Made by a program: the position numbers and the translations under genes. A DNA stretch of 63,359 nt, the filler included, from Chiloscyllium plagiosum (Eukaryota): NCBI RefSeq assembly GCF_004010195.1. It is 5 parts of one record of this genome, joined end to end, with 100 filler letters (N's around TTAATTAATTAA, not from the genome) between each part and the next. Parts side by side here need not be neighbours in the genome. Positions count along the whole stretch, not along the records: positions 28,471 to 54,150 come from NC_057711.1; positions 54,251 to 59,703 come from NC_057711.1; positions 59,804 to 63,359 come from NC_057711.1; 2 more parts are not named here. One strand, given 5' to 3'. How positions within the stretch are numbered: the stretch's first letter is position 1; each line of letters opens with the position of its first letter. Below are positions 50,690-62,649 of the stretch, in pieces. The notes under the pieces were generated by a model that did not search any database, was not told the origin of the DNA, and was given only the letters and a program-made list of their open reading frames with translations.

Positions 50690-51390
50690 AGCAAAATACT
50701 ACAAACCCACTGGCAGGGTAAGTGCTCCAACATCAGTGTCCTCTCTTGATCTCACTCCTTGTGCACCTTCTCTGTAGCTGTAACATTGTATTCTTCACTC
50801 TGCTCTATTACCCTAATGCACTTTGCATGGTATAATCTGTCTGTGCTGCACACAAAACACAACGTTTCACTGTATGAAGGTATATGTGACAATAATAGAT
50901 CAAAGCAAATCAAAATCAAAAAATCCCAATCTCGAGGGACTGCTTATGGCTAATCAGCTGCATTGGGCAGGCCACATCATCTACATGCCTGACACAAGTC
51001 TTGCAGAACAAGGTCTCCACTTCAAGTTTTGTCACAGCAAGTAGCGAGCAAGAAGGTGGAGGAATTTCTTCAAGATATCCTCAATACCATCCCAAACAAA
51101 TGCACTAGCTAGCAGGAATCTCTAGCTCAAGACTGCCCAAACTGGAGAAGAAACATTTGCGAAGATGCAAACCAATCTGAGCATCTCTGGCAGGCTCAGG
51201 ATGAGGAAAGACACAGACCGTGGAAGGAGCATGTGAAAACCCAAGCATGTCAGCCACCCGTCTATTCAAACACCATCTGCCCCACCTTTGGCAGGGTTTA
51301 TGGATCCAATGTTAGACCGTTTAATCACCTCGGACTCTCGACAACGGAATGGAAAAAAGTCGATCCTCAGGGACAGCCGAAAAAGGTGCA
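50690..51390 (+). mobile_element. RTE-clade LINE 3' remnant (another RTE end at about 62232-62340, minus strand)
   Basis: KILQTHWQG, QLHWAGHIIYMPD, LAQDCPNWRR and a C-terminal CPT.GR..GS....FNHL zinc-finger-like end. Confidence 0.65.
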
Positions 51391-53779
51391 GAAGACCCAA
51401 TGCACATTTCCCAGCCTCCAGTTTTGCTCTCATAGCCACAGTTGCAGGTTCAATTAAATTCCTGATGCACTGATAGTCTGGGATATATTTTGCACAAAAT
51501 ATTATCCACAAACGATCTTGCAACCATGGTATTCATACAGAGAGAAACTATTTCCGCTGGTGGATGGAGCTCAGACCATGGGGTCTTAAATTAAAGCCAT
51601 TCACACTTCATTTCATTGAGAAGTCAAAACTGATGTCAGATGATATTTGTTTGAATTATGGGACAGATTTGAGGAGCTGAATGGCCTTGTCTTGTTCTTT
51701 TGTTCCTATCTGGCCAGATGCTAAGTCTACCTCTTTCTGAGATTCAGAAGGGATTTGTAATTTATTATATCTGTTATTCGGTTCCAGAGGAATTCCAGAT
51801 GGTCAGACGTGGCAGTTACAGGGGGTGAGGAATAATATGTTCAATTGTTGAACAAATCTTCTTATCAATTTAAAGAATTTTTAAAAGTCCATAAGTTAAA
51901 GAAATGTTTATTTCACTCAGGAAGGCATGTCTTTCTTCAGTAGAAATATTTTTTAGGTTTCATCGCTTTCCTACAATTGATCTCATTTCATAGTATAACT
52001 TAGAAAAGGTGACCAGGCAAACGTGTCCAGCAAAACTTAACTTTTTCATCTGCAAGGAATTTGTCTTATGTACAATGCCCTGTTACATTTTGGGTCCTGA
52101 CATTTAAAATCAAGCCATGCAGTGAATGAATGTTAAGTCCTATTGGCAAGTAAGACAAAATGGATTCCCAGATTGTTGGCCACCTTACTGTAATGCTCCC
52201 AACTTGCACATTTCACTAAATAAATCAAAAATAGTTTACTACATACATGGACATCTTCACATCATATCACAGATCCATATGTCTGCAGGTTCCATAAGCT
52301 AAGAAATGGAATCGGTACAATTACATCTCTGCTTTGCTCTCAAACCATGAAAGCAGTATAGCTCTTTCGAGCTTAAAATGATAAACAACAACATCATGCA
52401 TATATGTGGCATTTTCAGCGATGTTAAAAAAAGTCTCCATTCCTATCACAGGAGCGTCAGCAAGAACAAATTTGAAACTGGGCCACAGGAGATGATTTTG
52501 CTGCAGACGACCATAAGCTTGGTTGAAGAGACAAATTCTAAGAAATGTCTTAAAGGAGAGAAAGGATGGGTGACAGAGGGTTTTAGGGAGGGAATACCTG
52601 AGCATAGTGCCCAGTTAGGTAAAGACGTAAACACTAATGGTAAAGCGATGGCAATCAAGTATGTGTAAAGGGCCTGAAATTACGGACTATAGAGGACAGC
52701 AGGATGAAAAATATACAGTTTCCCAATATTTACCCTTAATAAATAATCAGCTAGACTTATTTTCAATCATGAGATGTGGGTATTGCTGTCTGGACCAGTG
52801 TTTATTGCCTGAATTACTGCTGAGACATTGCTGGTCACATTCTTGAACCACTGTGGTCCATGTTCTCCAGCTAGACCCACAGTGCTGTTGGGGAGGCAAG
52901 TTCAGGATTTCAATCCAGTGACACTGTAGGGACAGCAAAATAGTTCCACGGTGTGTGACTTGGATGGGAACCTGCAATGGATGATGGTCCAATGTATCTG
53001 CAGCCGTTGTCCATTTAGATGGTGAAGGTCTGTATTTGTAAGGTGTCATCAAAGGAGCCTTGATGAGTTGCTGCAGTGTATCTTGTAGATGATACACTCT
53101 GCTACCACTGTGCACTGATGGTGGAAAAAATTTAAATGGACTGAGGCGGAATAATCTAATGATGGGAAAACAAACAACTCTGAAAGATTTTAAGGCAAAT
53201 TGCTCCCTGTATGTAAATTTTGAAAAGTGGATTAAAATGCCACCTAATGTAACAATATAAAAATGCATGGTCGTTGCTTGAGGGTTGTTTGAGATAGAAA
53301 CTAATCTGAGATCAGCAAATATAAAAGTGACTTGTAAAAGTAAATGTCAGAAATAGCTAGCTGTGACCCTACTTCATCTTACTTTATCAACATATCTTTC
53401 TGTTCGCCTCTCCCTCAGGTACTTGTCTAATACACCCCTAAATGCATTCATGCTAATCATCTCAACTACTCCAAGTGACAGTATGTTCCAGGCTACCCCA
53501 CTCTCCTAGGCATCTACAACTGCCACTGATGAGGTCAGCTTGCCTTAAAGATAAAGAATTACTCTTTTACAATGATATTTCATATTGGAAGCTTGCATTT
53601 CTGCTTACTCTGTCAGTTAGACCATGACTGGTAGTCAGATTTATTCTAATAATTATGACTAGATATAAGTACACAAGCAAAATACTAAGAAAACCATAAA
53701 GATTGAATTAGCCCACAAGAATTTAAATACCTTCTTTAGAATGCATTCCTAACACTATCTAAGGACTTTTAGTATAAAA

Positions 53780-54150
53780 ACAAAGAACAAAGAAAATTTA
53801 CAGTCCATGAACAGGCCCTTCGGCCTTCCAAGCCTGTGCCGATCCAAATCCACTGTCTAAACCTATCGCCCAATTCCTAAGGATCTGTACCCCTCTGCTC
53901 TCCACCTACTTATGCATCTGTCCAGACGTACCTTAAATTAATCTACCGTGCCTGCCTCTACTAGCTCTGCTGGCAACGCGATCCAGGCACCCACCACCCT
54001 CTGTGTAAAGTACTTTCTGCGTGTATCCCCCTTAAACTTTTCACCTCTCACCTTGAATGCATGACCTCTCGTTATTGAATCCCTCACTCTGGGAAAAAGC
54101 TTATCTCTATCCACCCTGTCTATACCCTTCATGATTTTGTAAACCTCAAT
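53780..54150 (-). mobile_element. CR1 LINE 3' end
   Basis: MKGIDRVDRDKLFP....TRGHAFKV...FTQRVVGAW and a (ttctttg) tail. Ends at a gap. Confidence 0.88.
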
Positions 54151-54250
54151 NNNNNNNNNNNNNNNNNNNNNNNNNNNNNNNNNNNNNNNNNNNNTTAATT
54201 AATTAANNNNNNNNNNNNNNNNNNNNNNNNNNNNNNNNNNNNNNNNNNNN
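54151..54250. other. Assembly gap: N44-TTAATTAATTAA-N44 spacer
   Basis: Same 100-bp construct as 7240-7339. Confidence 0.97.
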
Positions 54251-54453
54251 ACCTATCACCTTCATCCCCTCCCCCACTCACCCATTGTACTCTATGCTAC
54301 TTTCTCCCCAATCCCACCCTCCTCTAGCTTATCTCTCCACGCTTCAGGATCACTGCCTTTATTCATGATGAAGGGCTTTTGCCCGAAACATCGATTTCGA
54401 AGCTCCTTGGATGCTGCCTGATCTGCTGTGCTCTTCCAGCACCACTAATCCAG
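54251..54453 (+). mobile_element. PLE family A 3' region with hammerhead-like motif (54361-54396)
   Basis: attcatgatgaagggcttttgcccgaaacatcgatt, two substitutions from the canonical motif. Followed by a CR1 tail. Confidence 0.75.
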
Positions 54454-55939
54454 GTTGGACCGAAGGGCCTGTTTCCATGCTGTACATCTCTATGACTCTA
54501 TGTAGTTAATCTGTATTTTGGGTGTTTTTGCAAATTGGTCCCTTAAATATCTGCCAACATTATTTAAATATCTTCATTCTTTCCAAATCATGTTTGGAGC
54601 TCCATATAATACTATGCTATAATATAATGCTATTTGAAATAGTCTATTTTACTAAACTTTAATTTTCAAATTAACTGGAATTTACAACACTGAAACAGGT
54701 CATCTGACTCAACTGGTCTATGCAGGTACTTGTGTTGACACTCCTCTTCATCTTAACCCATTAACATGTTCATCGATTCCCTTTATCCCTCAGGTGTTTA
54801 TATGATTTCCCTTAGATGCATCTGTGATATTCATCTCAACTACTCTTTGCAACATCGCATCACTTTTTAGGGAAAGAAGTTTCTCCTGGATTTCCTGTTG
54901 GTCTTATTAGTGACTGTCCTGTGTTAAACCCAGCTTCTGGTCTCTCCCATCAATGGAAACACTTTTTCTCTACATATAGCCTAGAAAACACCTTCATAAT
55001 TTTAAGGATGTCTATCAGTCCATTACTCAATTTTCTCTTTTAAGTGAGAAATGCCCTACCTTGTGTGATCTTACAGGGCAGACTAAAACAATGTGCAACT
55101 CATGGAAAATGACCCCAAATTAAACTTGTTTATTCGGATAGACACATAGAAACAAATGGCCACAAGAGGTTGCTATTACATTCCATAATGAATATATTAC
55201 ACAACATTCAAAATTCCATCCAATTGGCACATGTCTTGTTTTCCATTTATTTACAAGTTTAACCTAACAATTGGTTTTCTATTCCTAAGAGGTTACCTGA
55301 GGCAAACCTTCAGAACTTGGAGAAGGACCTTGACTGAAACCAAGGGGAGGTTTTCTCTGATAACGTTCAATTGAATTTGTCCTTCATCAAACATGTATGC
55401 CTGCTTTCTAATTTTGTTGGATTAACTATTAGCATGCTACTTGTATTCCAATTCATCAGTTTCATTCGATTTTTCCCAACTCCCTTCCTTTTCAAGAACT
55501 TGTGAAGATAAAGTATAACCTGCATGTCCAGATCTAACCTTTCCACTATCAAATATCTTGACTAAATATGTGCAAGAACCACATACTTTTACAGCTCTCT
55601 GTGGGAACCGCTTATAAAGACATTCTTTCACCTTATGCATCAACTTCTGTTTCTTTCTCTCACTCAACTCTGTTCATGACTCTCTTTCTCTCTGAATTAC
55701 TTTTCTTCCACTGTCGACAGTATGTGACTTCACCAATGAAAACCTTGTTCAAGGCTGTCTTCTAAGAAATAATTCAGCTGGCTTTCTACCAGTTGGAGAA
55801 TGTGGTGTGTTACAATAAATAAACAAAAAGATCACCAGTTTGTGATTCAATGAAATTTGGCATTTCTTTCAGTTTCTATCCTGCATTTGTTGAACAAGAG
55901 GATGTTAACAATTTGTACTGTGTGCTCTGCTGTTCCATT

Positions 55940-56355
55940 TGAAGCAGGGTGAAAAGGTAGAACACTAATGCATTTTACCTTGTCATTCTCATTAAACTTG
56001 AAAACTCATTTGAAGAAAACTGATGTCCATTGTTCGACAGAGTTTGCTCTGGGCAGCAACAAAAGCAGCAATCAAACCATGCAAAAACTTCTAATACTTT
56101 CCAGGTTGTTTGATTCATTGGGAATTTCTCAATGTACTTTGAAAAGCTACCTATTGCAATAAATGGTGGTTGACTTTCAAATCCTGTATAATCAACGTGT
56201 AGTCTCTGCCATGCTCTAGTTGGCCATTTCCATGATTGCATCCATACCCAATCACTGTTCTTACTATGTACTTACCCAGCCATGGCCACCAAAGATAGTT
56301 CCTTGCTCTACCCTTTAAAAATCTCATCCTGAGATCATGTAGCTCACATTGCAAC
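55940..56355 (-). mobile_element. Second, older Gypsy integrase remnant
   Basis: ARNYLWWPWL, WKWPTRAWQRLHVDY and PEQTLSNNGHQFSSNEF on the minus strand in shifting frames. Confidence 0.7.
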
Positions 56356-56384
56356 TTATTTATTCACAATCAGAATATGAGCAT

Positions 56385-57880
56385 CACTTACTGGCTGGAA
56401 TTTATTCTCCAGCCCTGGCTGCCCTTGAGAAGATGATAGTGAGCTGCCTTCTTGAGCCACTGCAGTCCATGTGCTGTAGGTAGACCCACAATGCTCTTAA
56501 GGAGGCTGATTTCTGGATTTTTATCCAGCATTTGCAGTCCTCACTTTCGCCGCAGTATCCCTAGCCTCTGCTATTCTAGTCACTGTGTGTATACACGATT
56601 CTAGTTGAATTTTTTTAGTCAATGCTAAGCCCTAGAATATTGATAATAGGGGATTCAATGATGGTAACACAGAATGTCAAGGGTCAGTGGTTAGATTGTC
56701 TCTTATTGTGGATGTGGTGAGCTCATTCCTGATGAAGAGCTTATGCTTGAAAAGTCGATTCTCCTGCTCCTCAGAAGCTAACTAACTGGCTGTGCTTTTC
56801 CAGCACCGCACTCTTGACTCTGATTTCCAGCATCTGCAGTCCTCACTTTCTCCCTCTTATTGTGGATGGTCATTGTCTGGCACTTGTTACTGGTGTATGT
56901 TGCATGCCACTTTTCAGCCAAGCCTAGATATTGTCCAGACCTTGTTATATTTGAATATGGACTGCTTCTGTATCTGAGGAGTCACAAATGGTGCTGAATA
57001 TTGCACAATTATCAGCAAACATTCCCATTTCTGACCTTTATGATGGAGGGAGTGTCATTGATGAAGCAGTTTAAGATGGTGGGGCCTAGGACACTACTCT
57101 GAGGAACTCCTGTATAACATCCTGGAGCTGAGACGACTGATGTCCAACAACCACAACCATTTTTCTATGTGTTGGGTATAACTTCAATCAGTGGACTCTT
57201 TGATCCTAATTGACATTGATTCCAGTTTTGCTGGGCTCTTCGATGCCACACATGGTACAAGGTAGCCTTGATGTCACTTGAAGGTCACCTCTGGAATTCA
57301 GCTCTGTTGTCCAGGTTTGAACCAAGGCTGTAATGAGGTCAGAGCTGAGAAACTCTGGCAGAACCCAAACTGGGCGTCATTGAGCAGTGCTGAGTAAATG
57401 CTGTTTGATAGCACTGATGATGATATATTCCACCAGTTTACTGATGATCGAGCCCTGGCTGCCTTTGAAAAGGTGGTAGACTGATGGGGCAATAATTGAT
57501 TGAGTTGGATTTCTTGTATACAGAACATACCTGGGCAATTTTTCACATAGTCGGGAAGACGCCAGTGTTATAACTGTACTGAAACAGCTTGGCTACGGGA
57601 GCGGCAGGTTCTGGACCATACATCTTTAGTACTATCACCTAAATGTTGTCAGGATCCATAGCCTTTGCAATATCCATTACTTCCAGATCTTAATATCATG
57701 TAGAGAGAATCGGATTGGCTGGAGACTGGCACCTGAGATGCTGGGGATCACTGGAGGATGCTGAGATGTATCATTCACTCGGCACTTCTGGCTGAAGATT
57801 TCTGTGATTGCTTCAGTCTTATCTTTTGTACTGATGTGCTGGGCTCTTCCATCTTTGAGGATGGGGGTATTTGTGGAAGT
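56385..57880 (-). mobile_element. Old CR1/L2-group LINE RT and 3' region (related fragments at about 4560-4790, 20850-21320, 26100-26830, 50350-50530 and 52780-53125)
   Basis: DAQFGFCQ, VPQSSVLGPTILNCFIND and MFADN motifs. The 3' end (cttcttgagccactgcagtcc on the plus strand) is shared among copies. It contains a PLE insertion at 56715-56853 (TSD CTCTTATTGTGGATG). Confidence 0.7.
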
Positions 57881-58845
57881 TTCAATGAGGATCTCACTTC
57901 ATAAGACCCAGCAAGTTGTTTCACCCTCTCTTCCCAAACTTGCCACTTAATCTGTCCTCCTCATCCATGCAGAGGGGCTGAGTGGAGTGGTTGTACGATT
58001 ACTGCCTGGGGAGCATGCCCTGAGATGTTGGTGAGAGTTGGAGGCTTAGAGGAACTGGTGATGGGCTGGAGAAACAAGATTACTGCACTGTGTCACAAAA
58101 CTAGTCCCTTTTTTTCCAAAAGCTGTAACTTTCACTGTACACTTACCGAAACAAATTGCAAAGTTAGGTCTAGGGCTGCCTGCTTAAGGATGTTTTGAAT
58201 GGTCTGGCCTTGTCCGCAACAACTGGCTTTGATGTTGGGAATTGTTGTCGTCTAGTTTCTATCTGGTGGTTGGGAGAATTGGAAACTGCATATTAATGAG
58301 GTATGATAATGTGCTGATGAGGATGACCATGGATGTAAATAGGCATTACATGGCTCACTAGCAAGTATCATGCCTTGCTGCTCAACACTTGGTTGGAAAA
58401 TGCATTATTTTGCTTTAGACTTTGAGAAGCTCTTCACTGTCAATTTCCCGTGACTCTCCCAAACCTCTGCCCAGTAATCTCTACCTGTACGTCTGTTTAT
58501 GTGCTGATCTGTGACTAACAGGTCAAATCTCCACCAGCTGTCTCTCTCTAATGAGATTGTGCAATTTTACCTTTTTATTTAATGTTATACCAATAAACAG
58601 ACAAAATTAATGCCCATCTCTGCATTCAGGCTATAGCTACACCAGATCAGAGCTTATGGATCCAAATAACCATTAATTGCTTACGATCAATTTTGATGGT
58701 GGATTGATGATTACAGAAGTAATCAGACATCTTCTAAATCCAAAATCAAAGACAATGCTTTATTCTATCTGAGCATAATTTTACTCACCAATGCCGAATG
58801 TACCTGAGGCAAATGTAATTGGTTTCTCTTCACCATTATTCAACT

Positions 58846-58995
58846 GTGGGAGTTGGTGGGTTTGTAGAAAATGTCAGTGTAGAGTCGATCACCATTGATG
58901 GAGAGGTCCAGGAAGGGGAGGGAAGTATCTGAAATGGTCCAGATGAATTTAAGGTTGGGGTGGAATGTGTTGGTGAAGTTGATGAACTATTCAAC
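58846..58995 (-). mobile_element. PLE RT C-terminal fragment
   Basis: FINFTNTFHPNLKFIWTISDTSLPFLDLSINGDRLYTDIFYKPTNSH (H..LKF, LPFLD and YKPT motifs). Confidence 0.85.
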
Positions 58996-59542
58996 ATTTG
59001 TGTGTATTCCTGATAGGGTCTGTGCAAGCTTGGATCAGCAGGGGGTACTGACTACAGCCTGAGGCAGTTCTCCGAAGGATCCACTGAAAAACTTGCAAAA
59101 CAATGCAGAAAGTAAGTATCTCAAGTACCGTATTTTAACAGCAACTTGCATTCATATAGCACTTTTGACGTTGGAAATAGGCTCGAGTGCTTCACAGGAA
59201 CATTATTGGACAGAATTTGACAACAAGTCACATGAAAAGATATTAGAACATATGAGCTTGGTCATGTGGGGTTTAAGGAATATTAGAAAGAGGGGAAGAG
59301 AGATTAAGAAGTTTAGGGAGGAAATTCCACAGATTTGGCTCCAGGCAGCTGAATGCACAATGGAGGTGTGATAAAAATCACAAGTGCTCAAGAATTCAGA
59401 ATTAGAAGAATGCAGATATCTTGCAGAGTCATAGTTCCGCAAGCAATTAGAGAAATTAGCATGGCAATGGGAGGATTTGTACTGAAGAATGAGTGTTAAA
59501 ATTGAGATACTGCTGGAGCAGGAGTCATTATAGGTTGGCAAG

Positions 59543-60450
59543 AAGGTAAAAACAATGACTGCAGATGCTGGAAACCAGATTCTGGATCAGTGGTGCTGGA
59601 AGAGCACAGCAATGCAGGCAGCATCCGAGGAGCAGTAAAATCGACGTTTCGGGCAAAAGCCCTTCATCAGGAATAAAGGCAGAGAGCCTGAAGCGTGGAG
59701 AAANNNNNNNNNNNNNNNNNNNNNNNNNNNNNNNNNNNNNNNNNNNNTTAATTAATTAANNNNNNNNNNNNNNNNNNNNNNNNNNNNNNNNNNNNNNNNN
59801 NNNCCCAACCTCCCCCTCACCTCCATCCAGGGCCCCAATCAGTCCTTCCAGATGAGACAGAGGTTCACCTGCCTCTTCTCCAACCTTGTTTACTGCATCA
59901 GGTGCTCTCGATGTGGTCTTCTCTACATTGGGAATACCAAACGTAAACTTAGGGAATGGTTCCCCAAGCATGTCAGCCAGACCTGCAGGGTCCGACCTGA
60001 CCTCCCAGTCACCGCCCATTTTAATTCCCCTTTCCACTCCCTTTCCAACGACTATCCTTGGCCTCCTCCATTGCCACAGTGAATCAAACCGCAAATTGGA
60101 GGAACAACACCTCATCTTCTGCCTGGGCAGCCTACAGCCCAGAGGTCTCTACATTGGGTTCTCCAATTTCAAATACCATCCTTCCCAGCCCCTCCCCTCC
60201 CTTCCATTCCTCCCCATCGACCCTTCCTTCCAGCCCCCTACTGGATTCCTCCCTCCTATCGACCAGTCAAGTCGTACCCTCTACCTGTCTTCACTTATCC
60301 CCACTTCACCACCCTTCCCCAGCTCCCCCTTTATCTGCCGCTCCCCCTACACCCACTCCCCAGTCCTGAAGAAGGGTTACACCTGAAATGTTGACTTCTT
60401 CACCTTCTGATGCTGCCTGGCTTGCTGTGTTCTTCCAGCCTCCTGCCTGA
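59543..60450. mobile_element. PLE sequence across a gap: antisense 3' end (59543-59703) and sense GIY-YIG plus 3' UTR (59804-60450)
   Basis: RQRFTCLFSNLVYCIRCSRCGLLYIGNTKRKLREWF..H and RKLEEQHLIFCLGSLQPRGL. Hammerhead motifs at 59639-59674 (-) and about 60362-60396 (+, decayed). The two sides may be separate insertions. Confidence 0.82.
59704..59803. other. Assembly gap: N44-TTAATTAATTAA-N44 spacer
   Basis: Same 100-bp construct as 7240-7339. Confidence 0.97.
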
Positions 60451-60454
60451 CTAC

Positions 60455-61310
60455 ATTCACTAAGACCATGGCTGATCTGATAATCCTGAATTCCTCTTTC
60501 TTGCCTTTCCCTCATAATCCTTGATTCCCTTACTGCTTAAAAATCTATCTCAGCCCTGAACACACTTGATGAGCCCAATTCTACAGCCCTCCGTGGTAAA
60601 GAATTCCATAGATTCACTACCACTAAGAGAAGAAATTCTTCGTTATCACTGCCTTAAGTGTGCAATCCCTAATGTTGAGGTGATATCCTTAGCTCTTCCA
60701 CAAGAGGAAACAACCTTTCTCGCCTCCCCACACATTTTTGTCTCATCTGCAAAATTGGCTAAAGTATATTCGCTTTCCTCATCCAAATTATTCATATGCT
60801 TTGGAAATAATTGTGTCCCCAGCACTGATCTCTGTGTCATTTCACTAAATGACATCCTAAAAATGTACCTCCTTATCCCAACTCTCTTTTATTAGTTAGC
60901 CAATCCTCTATCCCAGCTAATGTATTACCTCCGGCACCATGAATGCTTATTAAGTAGCCTACTGTGCGGTACTTTATCAAAAATCTTTTGAAAATTCAAA
61001 TATATTAGATCCACTGCTTCCCCATGATCTATCCTATGTGTTACCTCCTCAAGGAATTCTAGTGAATTTGTCCGACATGATTTCCACTTCATGAAGCCAT
61101 GCTGACTCTAGTCGATTTACATAAAGTATTTCTAAATGCCTGCTATTAATAATGGACTCTAACGTTTTCCGAATAACAAATGTTAAAAAAAACTGGCCCA
61201 ACAGAAGTCCATTTTTGTCTCCTTCCATTTGTAAATAAAGGTGTCACATTGATAGTTTTCCAAACCTTTCCAACTTTTTCAGAATCAAAGGATTCTTGGC
61301 ATGAAGTAAT
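60455..61310 (-). mobile_element. Degraded CR1 RT fragments
   Basis: QRSVLGTQLF...NNLDE....LANFADETKMCG, QHGFMKWKSCRTN and INVTPLF. Confidence 0.75.
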
Positions 61311-61326
61311 GATTGCCACATTGCTG

Positions 61327-61419
61327 TACGTCCTGCAGTGCCAACCAGTACAGTTTGTGTTTGGGATAGTTACTCTACGTCCTGCAGTGCCAACCAGTAC
61401 TATGTGGTTGGGATAGTTT
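61327..61419. repeat. 49-bp imperfect tandem duplication
   Basis: tacgtcctgcagtgccaaccagtac...ttgggatagtt at 61327 and 61376. Confidence 0.85.
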
Positions 61420-61744
61420 CCTGTCATTTGTTTCCTGAGTATGGTCTAAGGGCCTGCTTGGTTTATAGTGATAGAGGAAAACCACTCAGGATATGTCAGG
61501 AGAAGAGGCCCCAGTCTTAATCAAAACATAATATATTACATGATTACAATCAGGTACAAGATACATCAATGTGTCTGACATTGTTAACAAGACTACTCGG
61601 AGACCCAGGATATAGATTCACTCTAAACAGTCTTGAACTGTTCTGTCTGATGTGTGGTTTGTCATGGGCGGGGTATTCGTAATGTCTATGTGATTCTTGT
61701 AACATAAAAACTAGATGTGGGTAACATGGTATTGAAAGATCCAA

Positions 61745-62144
61745 GAGAATCGACGTTTCGGGCATAAGATTAGATTCCCTACAATATGGAAACAGGCCCT
61801 TCGGCCCAACAAGTCCACACTAACCCTCTGAAGAGGAACCCAACAAGACCCATTCCCCTTCCCTATATTTACCCCTGATTAATGTGCCTAACACTATGGG
61901 CAATTTAGCATGGCCAATTCACCTGACCTGCACAACTTTTGGATTGTGGGAGGAAACCAGAGCACCCAGAGGAAACCCAGGCAGACACTGGGAGAATGTA
62001 ACAGTACTAACCATTGAGCCACCATGCCGCCACTTTGGCTTACACCTGAAATGTCGACTTTCCTGCTTCTCGGATGCTGCCTGACCTGCAGTGTCACACT
62101 CTTCGACTCTGATCTCCAGCATCTGCAGTCCTCACTTTCTCCTG
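61745..62144. mobile_element. Composite insertion: PLE family A ends enclosing a minus-strand HE1 SINE (about 61767-62032)
   Basis: 13-bp TSD TTGAAAGATCCAA at 61732-61744 and 62145-62157. Confidence 0.8.
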
Positions 62145-62649
62145 TTGAAAGATCCAACAAACATTCATTCCACCACACTAATAAATACAAATATTATATT
62201 CACAATCACTGCATATTTGGGCTAACATTCATTGGCAGTCCCTCACAGACAAGGATGACTCTCTCCCACTCTCAGAGTGAGTCTGTAGGAGGCTGGACAG
62301 ACCGATGTGGCTACCACAGGCTCTGTTACATTTGGTGGGTGGGGCTCCTTTCCCTGTTTTTGCCTGGCTTCTACTTTTTGGCATGACCATTAAGCTATTC
62401 ATAGAGCAGCATGCTAACGTCAGCCTGTCATGCTTTGGGTGACCCAAGTTAAGATTGTTTGAGACTTTTATACTCTCAAGTGATGGTATCATCAATTCAT
62501 AAGCACATCTCTTAAAGATAAAATGACAAATTGTGTCTTTTGAAGGTATATTGATCTATTTACCTATTTTGACTTGCCCACTACTTGATAAAGCTATCCA
62601 ATTAGTTCCACTTGCCTGCTCTTCCCCCATACTATTTTACTTTTCGAGG

